The translations under genes were made by a program, and so were the position numbers. The notes below the pieces were generated by a model. It had not been told where the DNA came from. It ran no database searches and saw only the letters and a list, made by a program, of their open reading frames with translations. A stretch of 63,686 nucleotides of DNA, filler included, from Octopus bimaculoides (Eukaryota), in NCBI RefSeq assembly GCF_001194135.2. It is 6 parts of 5 records of this genome, joined end to end, with 100 filler letters (N's around TTAATTAATTAA, not from the genome) between each part and the next. Parts side by side here need not be neighbours in the genome. Positions count along the whole stretch, not along the records: positions 1 to 27,679 come from NC_068992.1; positions 27,780 to 47,386 come from NC_069006.1; 4 more parts are not named here. The stretch is one strand, 5' to 3'. Each line of letters starts with the position of its first letter. Within the stretch, counting starts at the first letter, position 1. Below, piece by piece: positions 27,442 to 39,499 of the stretch.

Positions 27442-27679
27442 TTGACAATGCATAGAATGCACCACCCTAAGGCAGATATAGAACGTCTTTATCTGCCAAG
27501 AAAAGAGGGAGGCCGAGGACTTCTACAGCTGGCATTATCAATGAGGGTAGCCACAATTGGCCTAGACACCTATCTGAAAAACTCTGAGGACTGGATGCTA
27601 AAACTTGTCTTAAAATATGAAAGCTAGAAAGCATCTTACTCAGTAACAAAACAGGCAAAGGAATATCTAAGTGAATTCC
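27442..27679 (+). mobile_element. R4/Dong LINE RT-thumb fragment
   Basis: MHHPKADIERLYLPRKEGGRGLLQL is the R4-clade motif; starts about 10 bp after (AAT)n and runs into a gap. Confidence 0.85.
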
Positions 27680-27779
27680 NNNNNNNNNNNNNNNNNNNNN
27701 NNNNNNNNNNNNNNNNNNNNNNNTTAATTAATTAANNNNNNNNNNNNNNNNNNNNNNNNNNNNNNNNNNNNNNNNNNNN
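27680..27779. other. 100-bp scaffold gap containing an artificial TTAATTAATTAA linker
   Basis: 44 N + TTAATTAATTAA + 44 N; same construct at 47431, 56514, 58663, 62031. Confidence 0.9.
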
Positions 27780-27960
27780 AATTATTTGTATCTAAAGCGT
27801 CCCCTTTACCTTTGTAGCAGTTGACTATGATGCTGCTACACCAGTCATAGGGTATGACTCCTTCGTGTATCACCTGGTTCGTAATACGGGTGACTAGGCT
27901 ATAGCCAACACTGCCAGATATTTTGAGCATCTCTGCAGTGATTCCTGATGGGCCGGGGGC
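27780..27960 (-). mobile_element. RTE LINE RT fragment
   Basis: APGPSGITAEMLKISG...WCSSIIVNCYKGKGDALDTNN(Y); abuts (AAT)n. Confidence 0.9.
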
Positions 27961-27961
27961 C

Positions 27962-28012
<51 letters not shown>

Positions 28013-28014
28013 TA

Positions 28015-28476
28015 ATAATCTTTTCTACAGAAGGTACAGGGCCCGAAATTTGTTGGGGAGGGGACCAGCCGATTACGTCAACCTCAGTGTTTCATTTGTA
28101 CTTAGTTTATCGACTCTGAAAGAATGAAAGGCAAAGTTGACCTTTGTGGAATTTGAACTCAGAATGTAGTGTAGCGATATGCAAAATACCAGATAAGCAT
28201 TTCACCCGGTATGTTAATGATTCTGCTGGCTTGCCGCCTTAATAATAATTATAATAATCATAGTCCTTTCTACTGGAAGCACATGGCCTGAAATTTGGAG
28301 GGAGAGGACTAGTCGATTACATTGACCCCGGTGCATAACTTGTACTTAATTTATTGCCCCCAAAAAGATGAAAATTAAAATCAACCTCAGCAGAATTTGA
28401 ACTCAGAATATAGCGACAGGCAAAATACTGCTAAGCATTTTGTCCAGCATCCTAAAGATTCTACCAGCTCACTGCC

Positions 28477-28480
<4 letters not shown>
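28015..28480 (-). mobile_element. Two Nin-domain-like SINE copies separated by (AAT)n
   Basis: Same family as 22700; heads at ~28220 and ~28480. Confidence 0.8.
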
Positions 28481-28519
<39 letters not shown>

Positions 28520-28639
28520 TGATGATGATGATAACAATAATAATAATAACAAGATTACTCAGAGAGCACAAGCCTCCACCAAGGCAAAAATCAACATCCT
28601 CTCAACGATGAGCCAGAGATGATTTTTAAAATGAGAATA

Positions 28640-28917
28640 TCTGAAATAAACTTGACTGCTCTCACAAGCGAGAATACTAAAAATGAACTCAATTGCTCTC
28701 AAAAATTAAGTAAAAAACCTGTAAAATAATCCAGAATCCTTGTCCAGCACCAAATCGATCCCAACATCTGATCAGTTCATGCCAGTCATAAGGCCAAACA
28801 TCGCTGAAAGTTTCATCTGAATCCATCCAGCGGTTCCTGAGATATCTTATTCATGGACAAACAAACAAACACAACTGAAAACAATACCTTCACCTTTGCT
28901 AAGGTGGAGGTAATAAT
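28640..28917 (+). mobile_element. Helentron/DINE-1-like non-autonomous element 3' part
   Basis: AAGTTTCAT..AATCCATCCAGCGGTTCCTGAGATATC core, (ACAA)n, and terminal hairpin TACCTTCACCTT-TGCT-AAGGTGGAGGTA at 28885-28912. Confidence 0.5.
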
Positions 28918-28920
28918 ATG

Positions 28921-29370
28921 TTTTGTCTTGGTATAAAAGATGGCCTACAGCAAATATTCTGCTTAATACCACAGATATGCTTGTCAGTTGTTTGACCTTA
29001 ACAAGTTGAGCATGTCCCTTGGTGGCTGACAATATGTGCATCTCTGATCATGAGCAGAAGTAGTGGGGTTTGGATAATTCAGCTCTGGAAATATGGCTGT
29101 TTCCTTCAACATCCTTAAACAACCCTTATTGAGTGGGATGGGCATCTCGACTAGAAGAAAATTCTAACTGGGCCCCACCTGCAAGGTCATGCACTCTTTA
29201 TCTTAATATGAGATCACCATGTCGCGCAGATGCATGTGCCTGGTGTACCCTTTTCAGATGGGTGGTGATGATGGGTATACTGGGCTTCGTATATTTTACC
29301 CCAGTGTCACTTTGATGGCATGCACTGCTCTCTCACTCAATAATAATAATAATAATAATAAAAGTTTTGC
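28921..29370 (+). mobile_element. (AAT)n-tailed interspersed repeat (SINE or LINE 3' UTR)
   Basis: A second copy lies in reverse orientation at 34630-35022; ends CTCTCTCACTC(AAT)n. Confidence 0.75.
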
Positions 29371-29384
29371 TTCAAGGCGAGTAA

Positions 29385-29560
29385 TTTTGAAGGATGGGGT
29401 AAGTTGTTTACATAGTCCCCACTACTAGACTGGTACTTTATATTATCAGCCTCCAAAAAGAAAACAGGCAAAGTCAACCTTGGCAGAATTTGAACATAGA
29501 ATGTAGTGATTCAGAAGAAATGCTGCAAACCATTTTTTTCTGACACTCTAATTCTGCCAG
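29385..29560 (-). mobile_element. Degenerate Nin-domain-like SINE
   Basis: GGCAAAGTCAACCTTGGCAGAATTTGAAC core. Confidence 0.65.
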
Positions 29561-29936
29561 AGAGGGACATGGAGGACATACCTATGTGTATGGACAGCCA
29601 CAGTTTTACTTAGCTTCATGTAAGGAATACAAAATAACAAAAGTAGTTATGCAGTAGTTGTGCCTTGACAGCTGTTTCGGGTGAACCATCGCTTGTGCAA
29701 TAACCACATTCATTACATTATCGAAACCCATAATGTCGTAGGTGTATGGAATAGCACAAGTTCCTATGGGTCTGTTAAGCAAAGCCAGACGACCCTCATG
29801 AGAAGAAGAATGTGGTGAAAGACATATTTACATGTGTTTACAAATATATAAGTTTACAGAAAATAGAATGAAACAGGGTGGGGTAGCATTAAGAAAAATA
29901 TATTCATTAAATTTAAATATACTCATCAAGTCTATA

Positions 29937-30326
29937 GGTGCAGAAGTGGCTGTGTGGTAAGTAGCTTCCTTACCAACAACATGATTCTGGGTTCAGTCCC
30001 AATGTGTGGCACCTTAGGCAAGTGTTTTCTACTATAGCGTCAGGCCGACCAAAACCTTGTGAGTGGATTTGGTAGACGGAAACTGAAAGAAGCCTGTTGT
30101 ATATATATATATATATATGTGTGTGTGTATGTTTGTGTGTCTATGTTTGTCTCCCCATCACCATCACTTGACAACTGATGTTGGCGTGTTTACATACCCA
30201 TAACCTAGAGGTTCGGCAAAATAGACCAATAGAATACGTACTAGGCTTACAAAGAATAAGTCCTGGAGTCAGTTTTTTCGACTAAAGGCGGTGCTCCAGC
30301 ATGGCCACAATAAAATGACTGAAACA

Positions 30327-30360
<34 letters not shown>
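29937..30360 (+). mobile_element. Full-length tRNA-derived SINE with central microsatellite
   Basis: Head GTGGCTGTGTGGTAAG..GGGTTCAGTCCC, central (TA/TG)n, tail GCGGTGCTCCAGCATGGCC...GACTGAAAC. Confidence 0.9.
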
Positions 30361-30361
<1 letters not shown>

Positions 30362-30576
30362 GAAAGTCTACTTGAGTTTATTTGTCTTTGTAATTGCATA
30401 CCAGCTTGAAAGGATCAATCTCATATTTGACATTCAACACCAGAAACACTGGTGCCCTGGATGAAGGAGTTTCGATTTAAGTGCTCATTTATCTGAACAG
30501 TACTCAATGAATATCTACACTACACTTGCTTACTGTTCTCCGATACACCACATGAGTTGGGTGTTTATGAATATGC

Positions 30577-30628
<52 letters not shown>

Positions 30629-31759
30629 AGGTTTAGAGGTGATGTACAGGAATTATATATTAGAAAAAGTAATAAGGTACTCAGATATCTGGATGGTTGT
30701 ACATTTACAGATTTCTATTAATATGTCACATGTTTTATGAATATTAGCACTTGCATCTATTCTTGTAGATTCTTCAGATATGATTTCACTTCAGAGGATT
30801 TGTCTCTTTTTATAGTATTATTGAATGTGTAGGGGTGGAGATAGATAGATAGATAGATAGATACATACATACATACATACATACATAAATAAATACAAAC
30901 ATACATACATACANNNNNNNNNNNNNNNNNNNNNNNNNNNNNNNNNNNNNNNNNNNNNNNNNNNNNNNNNNNNNNNNNNNNNNNNNNNNNNNNNNNNNNN
31001 NNNNNNNNNNNNNNNNNNNNNNNNNNNNNNNNNNNNNNNNNNNNNNNNNNNNNNNNNNNNNNNNNNNNNNNNNNNNNNNNNNNNNNNNNNNNNNNNNNNN
31101 NNNNNNNNNNNNNNNNNNNNNNNNNNNNNNNNNNNNNNNNNNNNNNNNNNNNNNNNNNNNNNNNNNNNNNNNNNNNNNNNNNNNNNNNNNNNNNNNNNNN
31201 NNNNNNNNNNNNNNNNNNNNNNNNNNNNNNNNNNNNNNNNNNNNNNNNNNNNNNNNNNNNNNNNNNNNNNNNNNNNNNNNNNNNNNNNNNNNNNNNNNNN
31301 NNNNNNNNNNNNNNNNNNNNNNNNNNNNNNNNNNNNNNNNNNNNNNNNNNNNNNNNNNNNNNNNNNNNNNNNNNNNNNNNNNNNNNNNNNNNNNNNNNNN
31401 NNNNNNNNNNNNNNNNNNNNNNNNNNNNNNNNNNNNNNNNNNNNNNNNNNNNNNNNNNNNNNNNNNNNNNNNNNNNNNNNNNNNNNNNNNNNNNNNNNNN
31501 NNNNNNNNNNNNNNNNNNNNNNNNNNNNNNNNNNNNNNNNNNNNNNNNNNNNNNNNNNNNNNNNNNNNNNNNNNNNNNNNNNNNNNNNNNNNNNNNTATA
31601 TATACAAGAAGTGAGGGCAGGGAATCGTCAATTAATAATAGAATTAATAATTAACAATTTTGCCAAGTAGTTCAGTATGAAAAAAACCTTTATCGGTAAG
31701 ACCATTTATCATCATAAATATAAGGGATTAGCAACTCAATTGCTAATCCCTTATATTTA

Positions 31760-31795
<36 letters not shown>

Positions 31796-31921
31796 TGTAC
31801 TTGAGCACAAGGTACCCAGTGGCATTGTGAGAATATACCATGTAGTATTCTGTGAAACCTAACCATCTGACATCATTGTTATAATATCCTTATCATTGGT
31901 TTTTCTCTTTCTCCATTGCAG

Positions 31922-34469
31922 AATTGATGTGGTGGTCAGCAGTTCACACAAACAAGGCTATTTGAAAATGCTCACATTAACTAAGATCTCACCAACTGTA
32001 ATTATCTCGGACATATATGCACCAGATGGCGCCACTCTTTCAGCGATCATCACTGTTTCTAATTCTGCTCGGTTGTGCACTCAAATCACCCGGTCTGTGA
32101 TAGTTAGCACCAATCCAGAACTTACAGTCGAAGATGGTGCCCTAACTGAAAACATTGACTTCCAGAGTGATCTCTCAACTATTCAAGGACACTGGACTGT
32201 TTCTGGAAACTGTCCTATTGTTCAAGCTGAGTGGTCAGTTCAAGACATCTTTGGTAAAGTCATAAGTGATTTTAAACCGGTACTCACTGATGGTGTCGTG
32301 TCCAGTGATGAATTCTCACTTGAAAACGGTCACACGTACGTAAACATCATTCGAGTTACTGATGCTCTCAACAGGACGTTAATGTCTCGCTCCGACGGTA
32401 TTACAGTTATGATTCAACCCCCAGATCCTGGTAAGGTGAGGGATGGACTTGTTGGTGATGATAATAAATATCAGTTGTCTTTGACTGAACTCTCAGCAAA
32501 TTGGGACGAATTTGGTGGCCGTTCATCTGAGTCTTCAACCCAGAAGATCAGCCATTATGAAGTAGCTGTTGGGACAAGTCGAATCAATGCAAGAAGCAGG
32601 CACAACGTTCATGATTTTGTCAATGTTGGAGTCAATACATCATACACATTCACCAACTTGAACTTGACTGCGAAAACAGTCAGTTATTATGTAACTGTGA
32701 GGGGTTACAGTGAGGCCGGTAGTTTTGCCGAAGTTTATTCCAATGGCATCCGAGCCGGATACTCAAGCGAGATCGTTGTCGGCCAAGTAGAATACGCGAC
32801 TGTACAATCGTCAACACATCAAATTGAAGTATCGTGGAAAGGTTTCATGTCCGATATTGGTATGAAGTGTTACCTTGTTGGTGTGAGTGACAAGACACCT
32901 GAAATACATCATCATACACGAACCAACAACAACAATGGTACAGCATCAAAGGTTCCAGTCGAATGTGATGAGATTTACTCCAAACAAAGTTCTTTCAACG
33001 TGAAACAATTGAAGCATGTTGGCTTAGACACTTTCGTGGCACTAAAAAATCTGTCTCTTCATCATGGGGGTGTGTATTATGTCACTGTTATTGCTGAAGA
33101 CATCACTGGACATTGCGAAGCAATGATGGGCAAGGCTGTTAAAGTGGACACAACTCCACCGAAAGTCGGAGTAGTCGTGGTTAATGAGGTCAGCAACACC
33201 AGTATTGTGTACGCCACAGAAACTGACAGCCTTCACGTGTCTTGGCATTCATTTGAAGATATCGAATCTAATATAAGTAAATATGGAATCACATTGGTAG
33301 CCCGAACTTTAGACAAATGTGATGAAATTCATCCTGGTTCAGATGGCGCTCGTCAACATCACAACGATTATGTCATTGATCACATGTCACTAACAAACGT
33401 CACTGAAGCCGACTTTTATCATTTAGATTTGATTGAAACGGAAGTTTATTACATTCGTGTAACGGCCTTCAATGGTGCTGGTCTGAACAACAGCATTAGT
33501 TCTGTACCAATAAAGGTTGACCGAACACCACCTTTGGTAGGATCAGTCAAGCCAGGAAGTGGGTGGTCAACAGAGATGACGTTTCAGGCAACGACAACAG
33601 TCACGTCTGGAGTATTTGCTCTAGCTAGTGACCAGTACTCCTACGAATGTCCACGAGAGCAAAGTATAATCAAGGAAGGCAAGTTGATTGACCTGTGGTT
33701 GCCTATGAATGAGGATGAAGGTTTTGCAGCCAATGAAATGTCCATAAACCAGAACAAAATACTACTGACCATCCGTTATGATGATTCACTGGTTCATCTT
33801 ATAAAAGGTGGGTTACGATCAGAGCCGATGGCTTTACTAGCTGGAAACTACACGTCAGTTATACAAGCATTGGCTGAAGAAAACATGGTCACTTCAATAG
33901 CACTGGCACCGGACATGACAATTGGTCCACAAACATTTAAATTGCCACAAAGTAAATTCTCATTTTACCAAAATGAACTGACCGATGACATCATATTGGA
34001 TGCCAAGGCATATAGTCTTGAGAAGAGCACCACAAATGGTAAAAAGAAGATGAATGAAACTAAATCAAACGTCACTCGACAGAGAGACCCAAGTGTCTTT
34101 GGAATTGGTTACCACATTATTGGCTATAAAGAATCTGGGTCAAGCACATGGTACTGTTTGTTCTGGACCACTGATAAAAACGGAGAGAAACAAGAATGGA
34201 TTGACTTGGATTTCGATCCGACAACAACCAGCAATGAGTATGTAATCTCTCTTGTGAAAGAGGAAACCATCACACAGGATACAACGTTCACCACCAAGTT
34301 CTTGGTAAATGGCCAAGAGAAAGTGTCATACAGTGGTCTGTCTTTTCAGTATCAGATCCACAGTTACCTGTACGTAAAGAATATCAAAGGTTACAAACCT
34401 CCCATCACAGATCCTTTCAATACATTCTCTGCTCATGCAGTCGTATCAGATTTCAGGACCCCAATAGAA
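31922..34469 (+). CDS. Giant FN3/Ig-like repeat protein, exon A (2,548 bp, phase 2 to 0)
   Basis: Acceptor ttctctttctccattgcAG, donor GAA|GTAAGT, 849 open codons. Repeated modules with W..F.D.ES.I..Y, YYV.V.A.N.AGL and D.TPP..G.V boundaries; many N-x-S/T sites. Confidence 0.92.
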
Positions 34470-34629
34470 GTAAGTACTATTATTATTTATTTGGTTTTCT
34501 CTTCCCCCTTTTGAGTATCAAAATGGCACACTTATTTATACCAAATTCCATGCCTATATCTTTACTGAAAATTCTTACTATGTTCACCAGTATGCCAATT
34601 GCATCTTCATTTTTCCTATAAAACTTTAC

Positions 34630-35022
34630 TATTATTGAGTGAGAGAGCTGTGCATGCCATCAGAGTGACACTGGAGTACAAATATATGAAGCCCAGTATA
34701 CCCATCATAACTACCCGTCGGATAAGGGTACACCAGGCACATGCATAACAACCATATGTGCGCAACATGGTGATCTCATATCAAGATAAACAGCACATGA
34801 CCTTGCAGGTGGGGCCCCAATTAGAATTTTGCTCAGGCTATGGTGCTCCTCCACNNNNNNNNNNGCTATGGTGCTCCTCCACTACTTCTGCTCATGATCA
34901 GAGATGCACACATCATCAGTCACCAAGGGACATGTTCAACTGGTTAAGATCAAACAACTGACCAGCAAATCTGTGGTATTGAGCAGAATATTTGCTGTAG
35001 CCCATCTTTTATACCAAGACAA
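34630..35022 (-). mobile_element. Reverse copy of the 28921-29370 repeat
   Basis: Reverse complement over most of its length. Confidence 0.75.
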
Positions 35023-35070
35023 AGCAATGTACATGATAACACTTCCAATCAATTAAGATCAAAAGCCATG

Positions 35071-35102
<32 letters not shown>

Positions 35103-35290
35103 GAAAGCAGTGATCATCTGTCAGTGTCATTAAAACATTGGAAAAATTATTTTGTTATTTCTTCCACTGGTCAACTTTGCTTTGTCTTTCATCCTTTCGA
35201 AATCTATAAAATAAGTATCAATTGGGGTCAAGAAATTGATAAGCACCCCAGCCACAAAAATTTTTGGCCTTGTGCCAAAATTTGAATCCA

Positions 35291-35495
35291 CGAAGGCAGC
35301 AAACTGGCAGAATCATTAGTGCTTCAGACAAAATGCTTAACAGCGTTTCTGTAAGGTCTGAGTTCAAATTCTGCTGAAGTCAACTTTGTTGTTCATCCTT
35401 TCAGGGTCATTGATGTACAGTACCAGTTATGTACTGGGCTTGATGTAATTGATTAGCCTTTTCCCCTCAAAATTATTGGACTTGTGCTAAAAATT
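35291..35495 (+). mobile_element. Nin-domain-like SINE
   Basis: GGCAGCAAACTGGCAGAATC head, GAGTTCAAATTC B box. Confidence 0.7.
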
Positions 35496-35858
35496 AAAGC
35501 AATTATTTATTATTTTTGAATATATTTATATATTTTTTCTAAAGATTATTTGCCCACATAATGTAGCAGTCCTGGTTGGGATGAATGATACTGTTGTTTA
35601 GCCCCAAGAAACATCGTCTCCAGCTGGCTATATGACACACTATCTGTGTCCTTATATTTTCGAACAGGGAAGATTAGCATCCCCACCCAGCACAAAGCAA
35701 TATCTGTGGGCCACGGTTTCAGGGTTGTTTCTCTTCCTCAGCATACAATAACTGCTTGGCTAGCGGTGGCATTGCCAATTTCCAGTTTGAAAATATTTAT
35801 AATTTTCAATGTGACACACAGTCACAAATGTTTCTATTTATATTTTTTTCTATTTCAG

Positions 35859-36765
35859 ACTGAAAAACTCTGCAAATATGGATCAGCATTCTTCGATGGT
35901 GATAGTGGAATTCATGAAATTTGGTTGGGTCTCTCAGATAAACCAACAGCAGATGTTTCAAAAATAATGCCTTACAAGCTACACTCAAGGTTTTGTAAAC
36001 CCTGCCTGTCTCCTTGTACAATTGGCTGTGATAGAAACTGTTCAAACACCGAATCCCAACGCAACGGATTTAATGTCATTCACTTCAATTTGACAGGTCT
36101 CAATTTGACCCCTTCATCTTTTAATGCTCCACCAAATGGAACTTTATCGAGTTCAAGTAGCCTGAAAAAGTCCGACAATTTGGTATCATATTACCTCCAA
36201 GTGAAAGCAGTCAACTACGCTGGTCAAGAAATAGTGGGTGTATCCAAAGGGATCATGGTCGACCTAACTCCACCAAAATTTCAATCTGTTACCTGTATTG
36301 ACCCTTCGTATTCAATGGACGAACCTTCAGACTACCAAGGAACCACCAAATCTGTCGGCGCTTATTGGGAATGTGAGGAAGACGTTGGTGAAATCATCGA
36401 TTACTCAATGGGCATCGGTACGAAACCTGGGGTTACAGACGTATACATTGAGAAAGAAAAAGATGTAAAGAAGAAAGGGCAACGAGATTTGAGAAAGAAA
36501 CGTGCTCTGAATGGGCTTGAACACCTGTTACAAACAAAACATACTTACTATGTCGTTGTCATAGCAACCAATAATGCTGGCCTGAAAGCTAACATGTCCT
36601 GCAACATTACAATAGATACAGATCCGCCTGTCGTGAAGAATATCTTGTCAAAACCGGTGGGAACCTACAAGAGTTTCTCCGATGGAGAACCAGCCAGTCT
36701 GCTTGAAGACAGCAACCACATTGAAATCAACTGGTCAGGAGGACCGAAGGAAATAGCTTTCTACG
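35859..36765 (+). CDS. Giant FN3/Ig-like repeat protein, exon B (907 bp, phase 0 to 1)
   Basis: Acceptor ttttttctatttcAG, donor TAC G|GTAAGG, phase matches exon A. Contains DSGI.EIW, CKPCLSPCTIGCDRNC, VDLTPP, AYWECEEDVGEIIDY, IDTDPP. Confidence 0.92.
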
Positions 36766-36799
36766 GTAAGGGATGAAGCCGAAAAAGAATGGACAGCTA

Positions 36800-37150
36800 G
36801 TTCAGTTTGCTTGTTCTGATGGTGATGATGATGATGATGATGATGATGACGGTGGTGGTGGTGGTGGTGGTGGAGGCAGATGATGGCGATGTCTGTGGTG
36901 GTGATGAAGATGGTGATGAGAAGGAAGCGAGGAGGAGGAGAAGTAGAGAAGGGTGAGAGGAAAGGAGTCGTGATGGTAGTAATGCTTGTAGTAGTTGCTG
37001 TCATCATCGTTGTCATTGTCATAACAGTAGTGGTGGTGGTGGTAGTCGTGGTGGTGGTGGCGATGGTGGTGGTGGTCGTGGTGGTTGTAGTGGTGTTGAT
37101 GGTGGTGGTAGTCGTGGTGGTGGTGGTGGTGGTTGTAGTGGTGTTGGTGG
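36800..37150. repeat. (GAT/GGT/GTA)n low-complexity tract
   Basis: Direct reading. Similar tracts at 38300-38940, 45240-45570, 62750-63000. Confidence 0.9.
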
Positions 37151-37589
37151 TAAGAAAAAACCTGGTGTAGGCTCCTGTCTGGCCAACTCCTGTCAAATTG
37201 TCCAACCCCTTGCCAGCATAGGAGGCAGACATTAAATGATAATGATGATGTTGATGATGCTGATGATATATATATCCTGCTACCTGGATGCATTAAATTG
37301 CATCCAGGTAGCAGGGCCCTGGTTCAGGACTTCCAAGGTTTTGAGGATTGTGGAAGCACCTCTTATTGTTGTCAGATCTACTCTGACCCAGAGCAGTAAT
37401 ACTCGTTAGGGCCCCAGCTATGGGTTAATTAGCTTATTGGGGAAGAAACTTTCAGCACAAACCCTAACTGCCTTGTGAGTCCCTTGAGAAAGGAAAAGCT
37501 TAAGGGTTTCAAGATTCAACCCCAACAACAAATCAAGGAGTAGAGGCCGTTATGAGGTCTGGTGCCCTCCTTGACTCCCTTTCAGCAAC

Positions 37590-38110
37590 TCCAGGGATGG
37601 GTGGTGCTCTCCAGCCCTGTAAGGCAATTCATCTTGGAAGGGCCAATCCAGTGTTAACATATCTGATGGATGGGGATTTGGAGCCCTGTGAGACCATCTG
37701 TCATTGAGAGGGGTAAGAAAAAACCTGATGGGTGATGCTTTGGAACCCTGTAAGAGAATCCATCTTTGACGGGGCCACTCCAATGTTTAAAAACCTGATA
37801 ACTGGTGCTCTCCAATCGTGTAAGACAATCCATCTTTGAAGGCGCCACTCCAAAGTTAAAAACCTGATGGCTGGTGCTCTCCAGCCCTGTGAGACAATCC
37901 ATGTTTGAGAGTGCCACTTCAAAGTTAAAAATCTGATGGGTGGTGCTCTCCAATCCTGTAAGAGTTTAAAAACCCTAATTGGTGGCGCTCTGGAGCTCTG
38001 TAAGATAATACATCTTTGAGAGTGTCACTCCAGTGTTAAGGTTCCTGATGGGTGGCATTCCCCAACCCTGTAAGGCAATTCACCTTGGAGAGGGCCACTC
38101 CAGTGGTTAA
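37590..38110. repeat. ~69 bp degenerate tandem repeat, about 8 units
   Basis: CCTGAT anchors at 37724, 37794, 37863, 37932, 38044; unit CCTGATGGGTGGTGCTCTCCAATCCTGTAAGACAATCCATCTTTGA...CCACTCCAAAGTTAAAAA. Confidence 0.85.
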
Positions 38111-38866
38111 AAATTCCAACCACTCACCAGTTACCATGGCTGTCGTGGTTCACTGAGTCTAGAAGAGCGGAACCGGATTGCTGCGAGTGAGATCTCACTT
38201 TGTAAAAGCGGAGGAAGGAACAGAAACATTGCAACATCAAGGATTAATCTTCAATAACCACTTGAGGGTGTGTCGACAGGATCTTTGCACATGAGGAAAC
38301 TGCTATCACCATTAGTGGTTGTAGTAGGAGTGGCAGTGGTGGTGGTGGTGGTGGTGGTAGTAGTAGTAGTAGTGATGACAGTTGTTGTTTTTGTGGTCAT
38401 GGTAGTAGTGGTGGTGGTGGTGGTGACGGTGGTAGTAATAGTGGTAATAATGGTGATAGTAGTAGTAGTAGTGGTGGTGGTGGTGGTGACGGTAGTAGTA
38501 GTGGTAATAATGGTGATAACAGTAGTAGTGGTGGTGGTGCTGGTAGTTGTAGTGGTAGTATGGCAGTTGTTGTTTTAGTGGTGGTGGTGATGTAGACATA
38601 GTGGTAGTAGTAGTGATAGTGGTTGTAGTAGTAGTAGTAGTAGTAGTAGTGATGACAGTTGTTTTTGTGGTGGTTGTGGTCATGGTAGTAGTGGTGGTGG
38701 TGGTGTTGGTGATGACGGTAGTAGTAGTTGTGGTGGTGGAGGTGGTGGTGGTGGTGACAGTGGTAGTAGTAGTGGTAATAATGGTGATAATAGTAGTACT
38801 GGTACTTGTGATGGTGGTGGTGACGGTGACGTAAGCATAGTGGTAGTAGTAGTGATGGTAGTAGTG

Positions 38867-38905
<39 letters not shown>

Positions 38906-39499
38906 ATGATGGTGGCAGGAGGAATTGTAGTAGCAGCAGTAATATTGTTCTTCAACAATAGATGCAAATTCACAATTCTGTTTTGCTGGGGTTAAGGAGA
39001 AGAGAGAAGAGATGTTGGGTGGGGGNNNNNNNNNNNNNNNNNNNNNNNNNNNNNNNNNNNNNNNNNNNNNNNNNNNNNNNNNNNNNNNNNNNNNNNNNNN
39101 NNNNNNNNNNNNNNNNNNNNNNNNNNNNNNNNNNNNNNNNNNNNNNNNNNNNNNNNNNNNNNNNNNNNNNNNNNNNNNNNNNNNNNNNNNNNNNNNNNNN
39201 NNNNNNNNNNNNNNNNNNNNNNNNNNNNNNNNNNNNNNNNNNNNNNNNNNNNNNNNNNNNNNNNNNNNNNNNNNNNNNNNNNNNNNNNNNNNNNNNTATA
39301 TATATATATATATATATATATATTCATAAAATATAGGGTAGTGAAATTTTAGAACTTTCACTATCAGTGGCCTAGCATATATAAAAAGTCAATAGACAAC
39401 ATATTTTCCATATATGCACAAGCACATAAACATATATATACAAGCATACATGCTTGCATACATACGTATATACGTAAACACACACACACACACATACAC

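Noticed and set aside
27724-27735. TTAATTAATTAA palindrome recurring five times
   Set aside because: Always centred in a 100-bp N gap; an artificial six-frame-stop scaffold linker
29672-29814. Upstream exon of the giant gene (LFRVNHRLCNN...)
   Set aside because: Joining its phase-2 end TG to exon A gives TGA; the antisense frame is equally open
34846-34882. Direct repeat GCTATGGTGCTCCTCCAC
   Set aside because: Flanks a 10-N gap; unmerged contig overlap
37590-38110. CRISPR-like array
   Set aside because: Degenerate tandem units without unique spacers, in a eukaryotic intron
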